A model generated the notes under the pieces. The model was given only the letters and a program-made list of their open reading frames with translations. It had not been told where the DNA came from and ran no database searches. The translations under genes were made by a program, and so were the position numbers. DNA of 64,000 nucleotides, taken from positions 4,092,001 through 4,156,000 of the forward strand of contig CP075496.1 of the NCBI GenBank assembly GCA_021613535.1. The letters are read 5' to 3'. Shown here piece after piece: positions 52,302 through 64,000 of the stretch (the stretch's first letter is position 1; each line of letters opens with the position of its first letter). Origin of the DNA: Adineta vaga (lineage: Eukaryota > Animalia > Rotifera).

Positions 52302-55277
52302 ATGGATAACGAAAAACCAAATTTAAGACCAACAAAACGAAGTAATGCACATGGAAAAAGTCTCTATTTACATTACAATCCAAATCAACCGGAGAATGAT
52401 TCATATATCTACGAAATAAAGAATAATATTGAATTCCAACAAAAAGAACCTCTTTCTGAAAAACGAAATCCATTTAGTACTCACCAACCAAATCTTATTT
52501 ACTCATTAAATAAACATCAACGATGGGAATTACTAAATGATTTGCGTCAATCTATTGCCAATCAATCGAGTTCTTCTTCGGATAATGATTCTTCAACGCA
52601 ATCGTCTTGTCAACGTCAACGAAAGACAAAGAAATCTGTACGAAAAGATGCCAATCAACATCAAGCGAAATATTGTCTATATGAATGTCATAGTGTTCGA
52701 AATGACAAACTTCAAGCTAATTGTATTGAAATTACGACTAATTTAAAAGAACAACGAACGCAAATACCTAGAAAAACTTACATGCAACAATCAAATAATA
52801 ATGTTGATGTGACTTATATTGCAGTAGTTCCACCACCGCGAGAAAAGTTTTTGAATAATATTCGAAGATCTTACGGTTCAAAAAGTATTTATTCGTTGCA
52901 TTCTTGTAATTAAATCATTTTTCTTTTGCATTTATTGTTATAGATAGAAAGATTACATTAGGTGTACAGTGTCATAAATTCGATCAAATGGAAGGGAAAT
53001 TAGATGCTGTAGAACAATTTGATAATGATGAAGATGAAGAATTATCTACAGATGATGATGATGATGAATCTGTAAACTTTTCATGTTTATTTATTTTGAA
53101 GATTCGCTTAATTTCTTTCTTTCTTTCCAGTATTATACCGTATCAAAAGATGATAAATTTCAATTGAATGATTTCATTGCAAAGCGAGCAATGTCTCATA
53201 TTCCGAAAAATTCTTCAAAATCAAAAGAGAACAAATCAATTGATTCTGAGGAAAACAATTCAGTAAAATCAACAAAAAAAATATTCTATCGACAATTCAG
53301 TAAAGATGAAGGACTTTCTAAGAAACCTGTATGTATACACATATTCAATCTTAATTCTATTGTTGAAAACTTTTATTTAGTCGAGAAAACCTAGAGAAAC
53401 AAAGGAATCGAAAGAAAATTCATCATATATAATGTCATTTTCTTTTCGTACGATATATTTACATCGATCTGACTTGGCAGTAGAATATTTATCGAAAACA
53501 TATGGAAAAGATTTCATTCATGCTCAATGTTATCCAACAAAATATATGATTTGCTTAACTGATCGTCTACGAACTCTTCAATGGACAAATAATTTCAAAA
53601 ATTTTCCTGCTCATACGTCATTGAATTGCTATTTAATAATTATTTTGAATGAAAATATCGATCGAGAAGAAAATCATTGTCAAGGACAAGTTGCTCTCAA
53701 TATGGATTTGAATGTTGAAAAGATTGAAATAACAAATTTGTCTTTATCGATTGATTCAATTTATCACATGGAAAAATTGATTAATGAAACACTTGAATTT
53801 ATTATGAAACTATCAAATCAAATATTTAAGCCCATTGATTCTGAAATTAATCAAAGAAAATTAAAAAAGAACGAAACCGATAATGAATTAAGTGATAGTG
53901 AATTTATCAATAAACAAATTCGTCAAGTGAAAATTTTAGATCAACCAAAATTCTCATCTGTAGATTTCAATAATAACATTATAGCTGATGATTACGATTT
54001 AATTCGACCAGAAATTTGCACAAACTGTTATGCGGAGATGAATGAATCAACTCCTATGACCGCATTGAAATCTTGTGGACATTGGCTATGTAATCAATGT
54101 TGGAAACAATATTTAGAAAATTCCATTCAACAAGTGAAAGTTATTCTTTGTCCAGAATGGAATTGTTGTTCCATGGTTGATGTGGGTAAGAATTATATAG
54201 GCAACATTTCTTTCATAAAGAAAGAACGAAATATTTGACTTCTATTTTTTTTCTTCAGGTACAATGTTATCTTTAGTTAATATTCGTTGTTTGAATATTT
54301 ATGAACGTAATATTGAAAAATGTCTTGTAAATTTATCTCGTTCTTATGTTACATGTCCAATTAAATCATGTTCAAATATTGTACAAATAATCGGTGCACG
54401 TATTGATCAAATACGATGTCGCTGTGGTCATCAATTTTGTATTCATTGTAAACAAGAATTACATTTTCCCGCAACATGTAGTTCGTATCAAGCATATATC
54501 GAAGAAGCAAATCGAAATGGTGATTTATTACTCAAATTTGACACGAAATGCTTAGTACGAGGTCGCAATTGTGTATCGTGTAATAATTTCATTGAAAAAA
54601 GTGGTTCGTTATTCTTTTTTTATGCTATTACTTAGTTATTAGATATTCTCTCTCTTTCTCTTGTTTAAGGTGGTTGTAATCATATGACCTGTCGATGTGG
54701 TGCTGAATTCTGCTGGCTTTGTACAGCTTATTGGAAGGATCATTATAAATCAGGTTCGTTTCATTGTCCAAAACCAGAGATTCATCTTCAAAAGAAAGTT
54801 ATTATTCGAGAACGTAATTGTCTTCGAAAACTTTATGAATATGCAATATTGCATCGATTTGAACGTAAATATGAAAATCAAGCTAAACAATTCGAACATT
54901 GCAAACGATTAGTTGGAACAATTCCATTTGATCAACCACCAAATGAATTTGATAGTTCATTTATTAAAACACAAGTGGATAAACGTGAAGCTCTTCTTCG
55001 TCACTGTTATCAAATGGTTAAATATATCAATTATCTACATCGTATTTGTGAATTTGTTGCTGTTGCAGCTGATGGTTATGGAAATAATCCGATTGAATTT
55101 GCAAATAGTTTCTCACCACTTGAAACAGTTCTCTTCAATCTAAGTCAAATATTAGAAAGTGGAAGAGGTTATAAAGCTATTGAACAATTGAATCATCTTC
55201 ATCAGACAAGTGAACGAATTATTGAACGTATTCGTCAAGTACGTCAAAGAAACTCAAATGGATATATGACATCTTAA
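52302..55277 (+). CDS. RBR (RING1-IBR-RING2) E3 ubiquitin ligase, Ariadne-like, with a long unrecognised N-terminus
   Basis: RING1 CTNC...SCGHWLCNQCWKQY...CPEWNC; IBR CPIKSC...CRCGHQFCIHC...HFPATC; RING2 [29 protein letters not shown]; helical C-terminus. Confidence 0.88.
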
Positions 55278-55457
55278 TAGAGAACAAAATTTTCTCTGTC
55301 TCGTGTTTGTTTGTTTGTTTATTATTGAAATACATATATTAACTAACCAAAAACACACACGCACACGTACATGAATGCAAGAGATACATATCTGATGAAT
55401 GTTAAGATAATAAAGCGATTATCACCGGTCGAAAGAAAAAGAAAATGAAATGTCAAT

Positions 55458-58400
55458 TCAAACAACAACTTCATAGAAGAGTTTTTTCATACGATTAGGC
55501 GTTGAATTTCCACTTGATGATTGTTGTTGATCAACTGATATCGATCGTAATGATGAATTACCATTAACTAATGGATAATGTTTTGAAGAAGATGAAGCCA
55601 TTGATGGAAAACCATAATGTGAAATTGAGGGAGGAGTATGATTTGTATTCATGTCATTCGTACCAAATAGAATATTGGTATTTTGCGTTAAACAACTAAA
55701 TTCTGATGAAGGATTAGATCCTGAACGAGAACTATTTCCACCATTATTGCTTAACCAATGTGAAGATGCACGAATCGTTGCTGTACGAGTTGCTGTACCA
55801 TCTAAAGAAAAAAAAGTTCATAGTTGAAGAAAAATTCGAATATCTACATACATGATGAACATGCATCATGAACAGAAAGTTCATCTTTTGTTTCATCACG
55901 TGCAATTAAATCGCCTAAAAATACAACAAAATAAATCATTCAATTAACATAGCACGAAATTTACCTGAATGAGAAAGTGAATTAATCGCTGTTCGTTGTT
56001 GATATTCATTCGTGGAATAATCATAAGGAGAAATGTGAGAATTAGCATTACCATACAACATATACGGATTTTGAAGACGTGGTTCAGAAATAATTCTATT
56101 GACGAAAAGAATGAAACATAATCTGCTTTTTTTCGACAGTTATTTAACTTACGGTTTAACACCTTTATCAAAATTATGAATACCAACTGAAATAAAAAAA
56201 ATACAGTATTATTGTTCAGTTCATTCGAAGAATATTTTCTCTTGCATATCAATGATTTCTTCATTTACATATCTTACTTATTAGATTATTCAAGTAAATG
56301 AAGATCAAAGATGTTTTCTTTAATTTCATACTTACATTTATTTGTTCGTTTTACATTTGATGTTAATCGTTTCTTTCTCCATCGACAACACAAAATTCCA
56401 ATAATAATCAAGATAATTAAAACAAGAAAACATGTTGTTACAACAATACCAATAATCATTGGTGCTGAACTTCGATTAGAAGAATCTATTTGGAAAAGAC
56501 AAAACAAATTCTATTTATCGAACAGAAAATTAAAGCAATAACTCTATACCTTCTTTCATTTCAATTTCTTGTCCACATATATTCAAATTCTTTTTCGAAC
56601 AGATCGATAATTTTAAAAAGGCAAAATTTTTTTCTATTATCCATTTCACACGATTATTATGTATAGATAAACATTGATTGATTGGATGATAAATATTTCC
56701 ATCGATTGATTGACGAATATTTAAACATAAATGTTCAATACTAGTTTTCATTAAACGATCATCACCAGGTAAATAATCAAAATGAAGATAATGCTCTTTT
56801 GAATTATAGGAAACAACATGTAATTGTGGTAAATCTAAATGAATACAATTAACATGAAATAATAGATGAATAAATTTCAATCAGTTATTCATACCATCTG
56901 ATGATAGAATTGACTCAAGTGTTTGTACCGGTGTTTCCATACTCCATGGACTTTCACCATAAATATTCATTGATTTAATTCGAAACATATACGAAGTTGT
57001 TTCATTAAGATCTGGTAGAAAAAAATAAAAGAGATTTTCAATTTCTTTCGATGGAAATCGATCTTTCTACCTTTAACTGTATATTCATATGTATTAAATG
57101 GTAATTGTTGATTGATAACTGTCGAATTGAATGTCGTATTTTTGTCGTATAAAGTAACTTCAATTAAAAATCGTTGTGGTCCACCACCACCATCAAATGA
57201 AGGAGAAAAATGAATTTTAAATGAAGATGATGTGACATCTGTTACACGGATATCGTGAGGTGTTTCAGGTTTACCTAGAGAAAAGAATAACAATATAATT
57301 ACAAGAAGTAAAAAAGTTTCAAGAGACTATTTTTGTCTTACATATTCAAACATACTTGAGACAGTTTCATATTAGTTCTACTCAAAAGAGCTTCATCATC
57401 ATCATCATCTTGAACAAGATGAGATTTGATGATAAACTAAAGCTTCATATTTACAACTCATCAAGCAGAAGGATAGTAGATCTGAAGAGTTCTAATGAAC
57501 CGGAAAATATGAACAGTTACATTGAGATTATCATATTTCAAAAGAAACGAACATTATTGTCAATGATAACATTTTTATTCAATCGAAATCTAATCAACCG
57601 GATCTCAAATACATATCTAATGAAGTCCGTCAACAACAAAAAAAGAAAGAAAAGAGAAAAGAAACTCAATAACTTTTAACACTTCTATCTTACCGTATCA
57701 TATCATAATGATTTCATCACTTACCTCTCGATACAATTGTATATGTCCATTCTTCTTTTCCCAATAAATTCTCAGCAATACATCGATATGAACCAAAGTC
57801 TTTATTCGTAATTTTAAGTAATTTCAGATAACATTTATCGTCAACCGTTTGATCACAATCAAGAATTTGTTCGTTTCGTTTCCAGAATATTTTTGGTTTG
57901 GGTTCACCTGAAACTCGACATGTTAATGTAATTGTTTGTCCAATTTCTGCAGCAAGTTTAGAATATGTTGTTTCTAATATTGGTCGACTTTGTACAATCA
58001 TTTCAATTGTACTTGAACCATTTTGAGTTATATTATTTTGTAAACGATTGTAAATCATACATGTATACAATCCTGAATCATTTCTTTCAACATGATCAAT
58101 TCGTAGATCAGATAATTGACTTTGTCGAACGATTTCATAACCATTTTTAAACCAAATTATTTGATATGGTAATGGATTAGCATCGACAAGACAACGAAGA
58201 CTAGTTGAATCTGATCGATTGACAATTAAACGCGATTCAATAGCACGTACACGAGGTGCATCTAAAAGAAATTCTTCGATATATTTATTTATTTCAATAT
58301 TTCATTTCACTTACATTGAACATCAAGATAAATCGATTGATTTACTTTACCAATAAGATTCTCAACTACACATGTATAAATTCCACTTTGTTCTGATGTT

Positions 58401-59658
58401 AATCGTGGTAAATAAACATTGATTTCACCTATATAACAAATGAATTTTGTTCATTTAACCGAGATTTCTCTTTCTCTCTATCTACTATTCACTTACGACT
58501 AACAATATTTGTATTATTGATTGTCCAATAGACTGTCGTAGCAGCTGGATTAGCATCTATCTGACATGTTAGTTTTTGTTCATGAGATTCAATTCCAATA
58601 ATTCGTTCTTCGTTTGATGATATTAAAAATGGTTTAGCAACAATTTTTATATACGGACGATCTATGAATTTCGAATGAAAAGAATTATCTTCACTATTCT
58701 TAGATTGAATTCTTACATTTCACATGTAAATATTTTTCCACACGAAGTGGTATTGAAAGTGCTTGATTCATAATTTGACATTCATATTTGATTTGATTGT
58801 CAAAACGACTTACATTAAATGTATAGCTTGAACTATTATCTGTCATAGATACTTGTGAATTCAGTGAACTAGAAATCAAATAGAAAAGAGAAACATTGAA
58901 GCAAAAGATAATCATTCTTATTATTGTTCATTATACGTGAGAAGTGTGCCATTGCGATACCATGTATATTGAGGTGGTGGATTTCCATTTAATGAAGAAC
59001 ATGTCAGGGTGATAATTTGATATTCTTGAATATTTTCTTCGTTAATTATTAATGATGGCATGTCAGGTTTGACTGAAGGAAGAAAAAAAAAAGAAATCGA
59101 TTATATAACAAATCTTCTTCTCCTTTGTAGAGGAAAAAATGCATCTATCATCATGATTCTTATCTTTATCAATTACGATATCTGCGATGAGGAAAGAATA
59201 ATGTATCTGATCTGTTTCTACTTACTGAGCACAACGAGATTATATTGACAAAGAATTGTTTGAGTTTCAAATGATTGACAAAGATATGTGGTTGAATCAT
59301 ATCGGTTAACTTGAGATAAATCTAACGAACTAAATTGATTTGTTAAATCGGTTTGATAGAGTTTTTCTAAATTTTTTGGAACTCTTCCATTGATAGATAT
59401 GATTAAATCATCATTATCATCGTTGGTACGTAATTTTTTCCATTGAATTATATTTTCTTTGGGAGAAAAATTTCGAGGAAATTGACAACGAAATTGCACA
59501 TGTTCACCATGTGTTACTGTCATATTTTCCAATCGAAGAAAAGCAGAAGCTAATAAAAGAAGAAGAAAAACAATCATGATTAATAAGTAAAACTAACAAG
59601 CAAATTTACATTGATTGATAAAAATAAAAATAAAAATGATCAAATAATTGTACGACAT
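55458..59658 (-). CDS. Ig-superfamily type I membrane protein (about five Ig domains plus FN3; sidestep/echinoid/nephrin-like)
   Basis: Signal peptide MSYNYLIIFIFIF; Ig motifs (LTCSSLNGNPPP..W, CQIDANP, CLVDANP, DSGLYTC, CRVSGEPKP, DFGSYRC); FN3 PETPHDIRV...FDGGGGPQRF; transmembrane helix; tail ends LFYEVVV*. Confidence 0.85.
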
Positions 59659-62600
59659 GTTGTTTTCAATTGTTATTCGTCTTCTGAGCTTTGTACGTCC
59701 GACGGGTTAGTCAACAATCGTCATTCTCTTCTTATGATTGTTTTTCGATCTGACAATGTATAAATTGTTCGATATATATACGTATAGATGGATGCACTAC
59801 AGTGCACTCTCGTTCTTCTTTTCTTTTATTCTAAAATACAAACAATAAACGTTCACATATATATATATATATATATATACACGTATGTATGAATTGAATG
59901 AATGTCTCGTCTTTCTCTCACTTCACTAACTTCCGATCTCTTTTTCTCTCGTCGATAATATCAAGCAAAGGACTTTTCAAGCGAAAGGAGAAAGACAGAG
60001 AGAGAGAAAAGGTGATGATGAACGACAATTTGTACATTTCTTCTTTTCGCACATCAAGAAAAAGAAAAAAAAGCTAACGTCGGTCATTTTCAATCATAGA
60101 GCCTGTCCAATAGCCAGCGGGGATGGTTTGAAGTGCATATGACTATCTCAATGCGAGATCGAATCCAACCCTTATTCAATTACCTGTTGTGTCGTCGTCA
60201 GATGGACTGTCTAACTGATGATGAACATTCGAGCATGGATAATTTTCCTTTAGGCATTATACAGATGTTATCGAAGGGAAAAGAAGCTTTACCACGTAAT
60301 CATAAGCTTTTTCTCTTCTGTATATATATATATATATATATGTTCATAGATGCAAGGAAACACACGTTCTCAATAAACGACAGGAGGACCACAACTACAT
60401 CGTCAAATTAGCCGTCTCTGTATGCATAACGTATGTTAGATGACATAACTGTTCTTTCATAAGTCTATTCTACTGTCAATTATCGTTTTGGCACCTGTTG
60501 TTGACATATTTAAAAGATTGAATGAAAAGACAATTGTTCTCGAAATGAAACACCTTTGTCAAAAAATCAAGGAAGGAATGACTTTTTGTCAGAAAGTCTA
60601 ATATTTATTTATTTATTTTGTCAGATGGTGAAGAGAAAAATGATTAAAGAAGAATAATAATTATGTTAGGAAAAAGGCACATGGCATTTCGAATATTAAC
60701 ATACCCAGGATATCTTCATCAACGAGTAGACATGTTTGAATCAATTAGATATTGAATAAGGAGGAGAAAATAGATGGTTCTCGTTTTCATCATGATGACC
60801 ACTCGAAGAGGTTGTATGCCGTAAGGGCTAAAAGAACTCCTGTCAATCAGCATCAATATGAAGAGAGACGGCGGAAAGATAAAATTCACTATAGACATAT
60901 ACACAGATGTTAGATTCAAATAATTGAACTCCAGCACTACTGAGACGATTTGCTCATTTGTAATCAAGTTGGTTATAGAAGACGAAATGAATTGAAGCAA
61001 AACATAGAATAGATAATTTGATCGAATATAATCAAGTGGAATTTTAAATAAATGACGATGAAGAAAAAAAAGGAGGAGAAGAAGAAGAAGAAGAAGAAGG
61101 AATCGAGTATAGATATATATTGAAATGATCAATTTTATCTTTTACTCACTCACCTGTTCAAATCATCAAGGACAGGAATTTATGATAGGTCAGGCAATCA
61201 CTATGTACACATATCAACAACAACACCTAAAAAAGAGAGACTTCACTCGTCATCGATCTTATCTCGTGTTCTTGTCTATATATATAAATATATGTATATA
61301 TATTTATGCTCAGCAGGAGAAGTAACAGACGACGACTCTCGAAAGTAAAGTTCATCATATCTATGTATGCTCTTGTCATTGATTTCGTTAATCAACACAC
61401 AAACATCATGAGTACTACTATACTACTACCTCAACCGTTCAACGATGATTTGCTTCTTCTTTGTCCGTTTATATACGTACACACATATGTATATGTATGG
61501 TAGGGATAGATAAGATTTGTTGCTCTGTTCACTCTCTCTCTCTCTCCTCTTTTATTTCCTCTTCATGCAAAAAGACCATAATTCATCAGGAGAATAATGA
61601 CGAATCGTGTGTGTCTACTTATATTTATACATATCTCTATATATACATATATATATCTATGTGAAAGAGAAGGATGACTTTTATTATTAATCCAGTGTGT
61701 TTCGGACTATCATCTATATACGGATGAATAAATGAAAAAGAAGAATGAGATGAGTCCTAAGGCTATCAGTTGTCACACTCATTTTGTTGTGATAAATCGA
61801 TCGAAGAGGAAAAGAACAAGTAGAAGATGAAGATGAAGGCAAGCCTCTATGTCGTTAGTTGATCAGTATAAATCTTTTCGATTAAATCACGTCGTGTAAA
61901 TAGCATGGTTGACTTTAATGTTAATTTCTGTCAACATTCACTAAATAAACGGTTGATTTGCTTGTCGTTAATCAAGATAAACATAAGAAAGAATGAAATG
62001 TCTTTTTATGTTCTGTGTGAACTTTATCCGTAGCAAGTGTTTTTTTTAATATTCATTACGTCAATATCCGACAATGACAATTCAATAGACAATAATATAA
62101 GAAAATAAAAGAGACAAGACATATTTGTCTTATCTTGCAATATAACATTATAAAAGAGATTGTCCATCAATGGCGGTATCTGTTGAAGATTTTTGTTTTA
62201 TTATATTGTTATCTATCATGTTATCTACCGAGAAGAAAAAGAGTTCAAAAGTCATTATTCTATCGCTTTCTCTCTTTGGGAAATCTATTTCTTCAAAGTT
62301 CAATTGAGATATATAGATGGTGGCATACAAGTGAGATATCTATCTATCTTATGTGTCTCTGATAGAGACATACAAATAGGTCAATTGCACTCGTTTTAAT
62401 CAAGAGAAAGTATTTGCTAATTTCCTATTAGAATGATATGTCGGACAAAAGATCAACTAGTTCAAATAAACGTTAACTAGGGGAATGATTTTGAAATGAA
62501 ATATTTTCCTTTTATTGGAGATTTTCTTATAATTAACTAGTTCTTTTTCGGATTTATTGATGATGATGATGATGATGATGATTATACAGAACTATATATC

Positions 62601-64000
62601 AATATAATTGATCATTTAAAAAGATTGTTGTTCTTTTCTGTTTCGAACACTAAAGTTGAACAGATGTTGAAAAGAAGGAATTGATATTACTTTGTCAAAA
62701 TACAGGAATGATCTTTTAGCAAATATGATGTATTAGAAATTTCTTAATCTATATTACTTTTTCTACTGTAGAAAATTTTTTCTGCAATGAATCATATGTA
62801 TATGGTTTATTTTCTCTGATCCGAAGATTTATACAAAAGAACATAATATCAGTAGATCGTGTAATCATTTTTGCCACTTGTTAAACATGATTTTCGGATT
62901 GTATATATCTTGAGAATGTAAGGATGTGAATGAAATTTTACCCGACACTCCCTCCCTGGTCTTCATTAGTTGTTTCAATCTCCTCCCGACCTTAGTCTAA
63001 ACCATGGCCAGGACAGTGAAAAGTTTGCTGGCGCTAGCTATCATAGTCACTGGACGCATAACAAGCGAACAAACATACTTTTATATGCATACATAGCCTT
63101 ATATCAGATGAAGAGAAAATGCCATGAAATAATAGTTAATGATTATGATCAACAAAATTTTGATCGGCTTGAAAATCGCTCAACAAAAGTTTATACAATG
63201 TCTTTATACAAATCTTTTCTTCCAATAAATTATCAATGGCAATTGAAAATACTTGAGAACATTTAATGAATGATATAAATTATTGCAGAAGAGAGAATGT
63301 ATCTCATAGGGATACTTGAAAACGACAGGAAAGATAATTTCATTCTCGACTTAATTATCTTCACTATGCAGAGGTCGAGTCAAATCTATAAAATAATAGA
63401 CCATTTATCATATTTAATAGGAAACAGAACAGAGTTCAATTGCACTTTCTCTATTGGAAATTCAACGAACAAAAGTCGTTTTGAATAATAATATGATCTA
63501 ATATAAAGTTTATCTTTTTGACATTCTTTTCGTGTGAAATTCTATTTACTCATGAACTATTGTTGTTAAAATTAAGAAGAAAAGGTTGGGTAAACAATGA
63601 TATTGATCTTTTATTTTGATTATTTAACACAAAATTATCAACACAATACTTTCTATGATTAGAATAAATCGGTTAAGAAGTTCTGCGATTCATCGATCGA
63701 TAAGTTACATGAGAATTAATCACCAAATTCAATTTTATTCAAAAAAGACCAGTGAATTATTTGACGAGATAAATTAATCCATTAATATCCATTTGATATT
63801 TTTAATACATCAATTTTAGAACGAAAAAGCAAGATTGTGAATTTATTGTTATAGACGCAACATACGAACAGAATAATCTTTTCTTACAAACGTAGAACAA
63901 TAACGAAAAAGAATGTCTAGCAGAATTTACAGTTGTTTATGTAAATACGCATACAATTCTTACCTGCCACGCTACAATTTATGCTTTTAATAAAAACAAT

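Noticed and set aside
60110-60175. tRNA-like sequence (GATCGAATCC resembles a T-loop)
   Set aside because: No acceptor stem, D-arm or anticodon arm can be folded.
59700-64000. Short ORFs in the terminal 4 kb
   Set aside because: Low-complexity AT/TA-repeat sequence with no splice-consistent or recognisable protein; treated as non-coding.
1-64000. CRISPR arrays, rRNA, autonomous transposons, prokaryotic operons
   Set aside because: None seen. The window is intron-containing eukaryotic DNA without repeat-spacer arrays or transposase/reverse-transcriptase ORFs.

Overview
AT-rich, gene-dense eukaryotic DNA with many short (~50-65 nt) GT-AG introns. The genes are metazoan (AMPA-type glutamate receptor, Rab26/37, an Ig/FN3 adhesion protein), interspersed with several enzymes that look non-metazoan. 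This combination is most like a bdelloid rotifer, which is an inference and not proven. About 19 protein genes can be reconstructed: the 3' part of an SRSF2-like gene, NXT1, APP1-type phosphatidate phosphatase, a serpin, an R-SNARE, PEX11G, GluA-like, OTUD5, a LIM-less AbLIM/dematin-like gene, Rab26/37, a tetraspanin-like gene, ERG4-type sterol reductase, NSMAF/FAN, DCAF11, RPS6, acetyl-CoA synthetase, CPTP/GLTPD1, an HPIP/CCDC117-like gene, an RBR E3 ligase and an Ig5-FN3 receptor. The standout feature is missing from the ORF track. The serpin has one shared body followed by four tandem alternative terminal exons (6920-7917). Each encodes a different reactive-centre loop and has its own stop codon and AATAAA. 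Also notable: three candidate horizontally acquired metabolic genes, three operon-like same-strand gene pairs with unpaired splice acceptors, and several 1-nt deletions that are probably assembly errors. All family assignments come from recognising motifs by eye; no database search was run.
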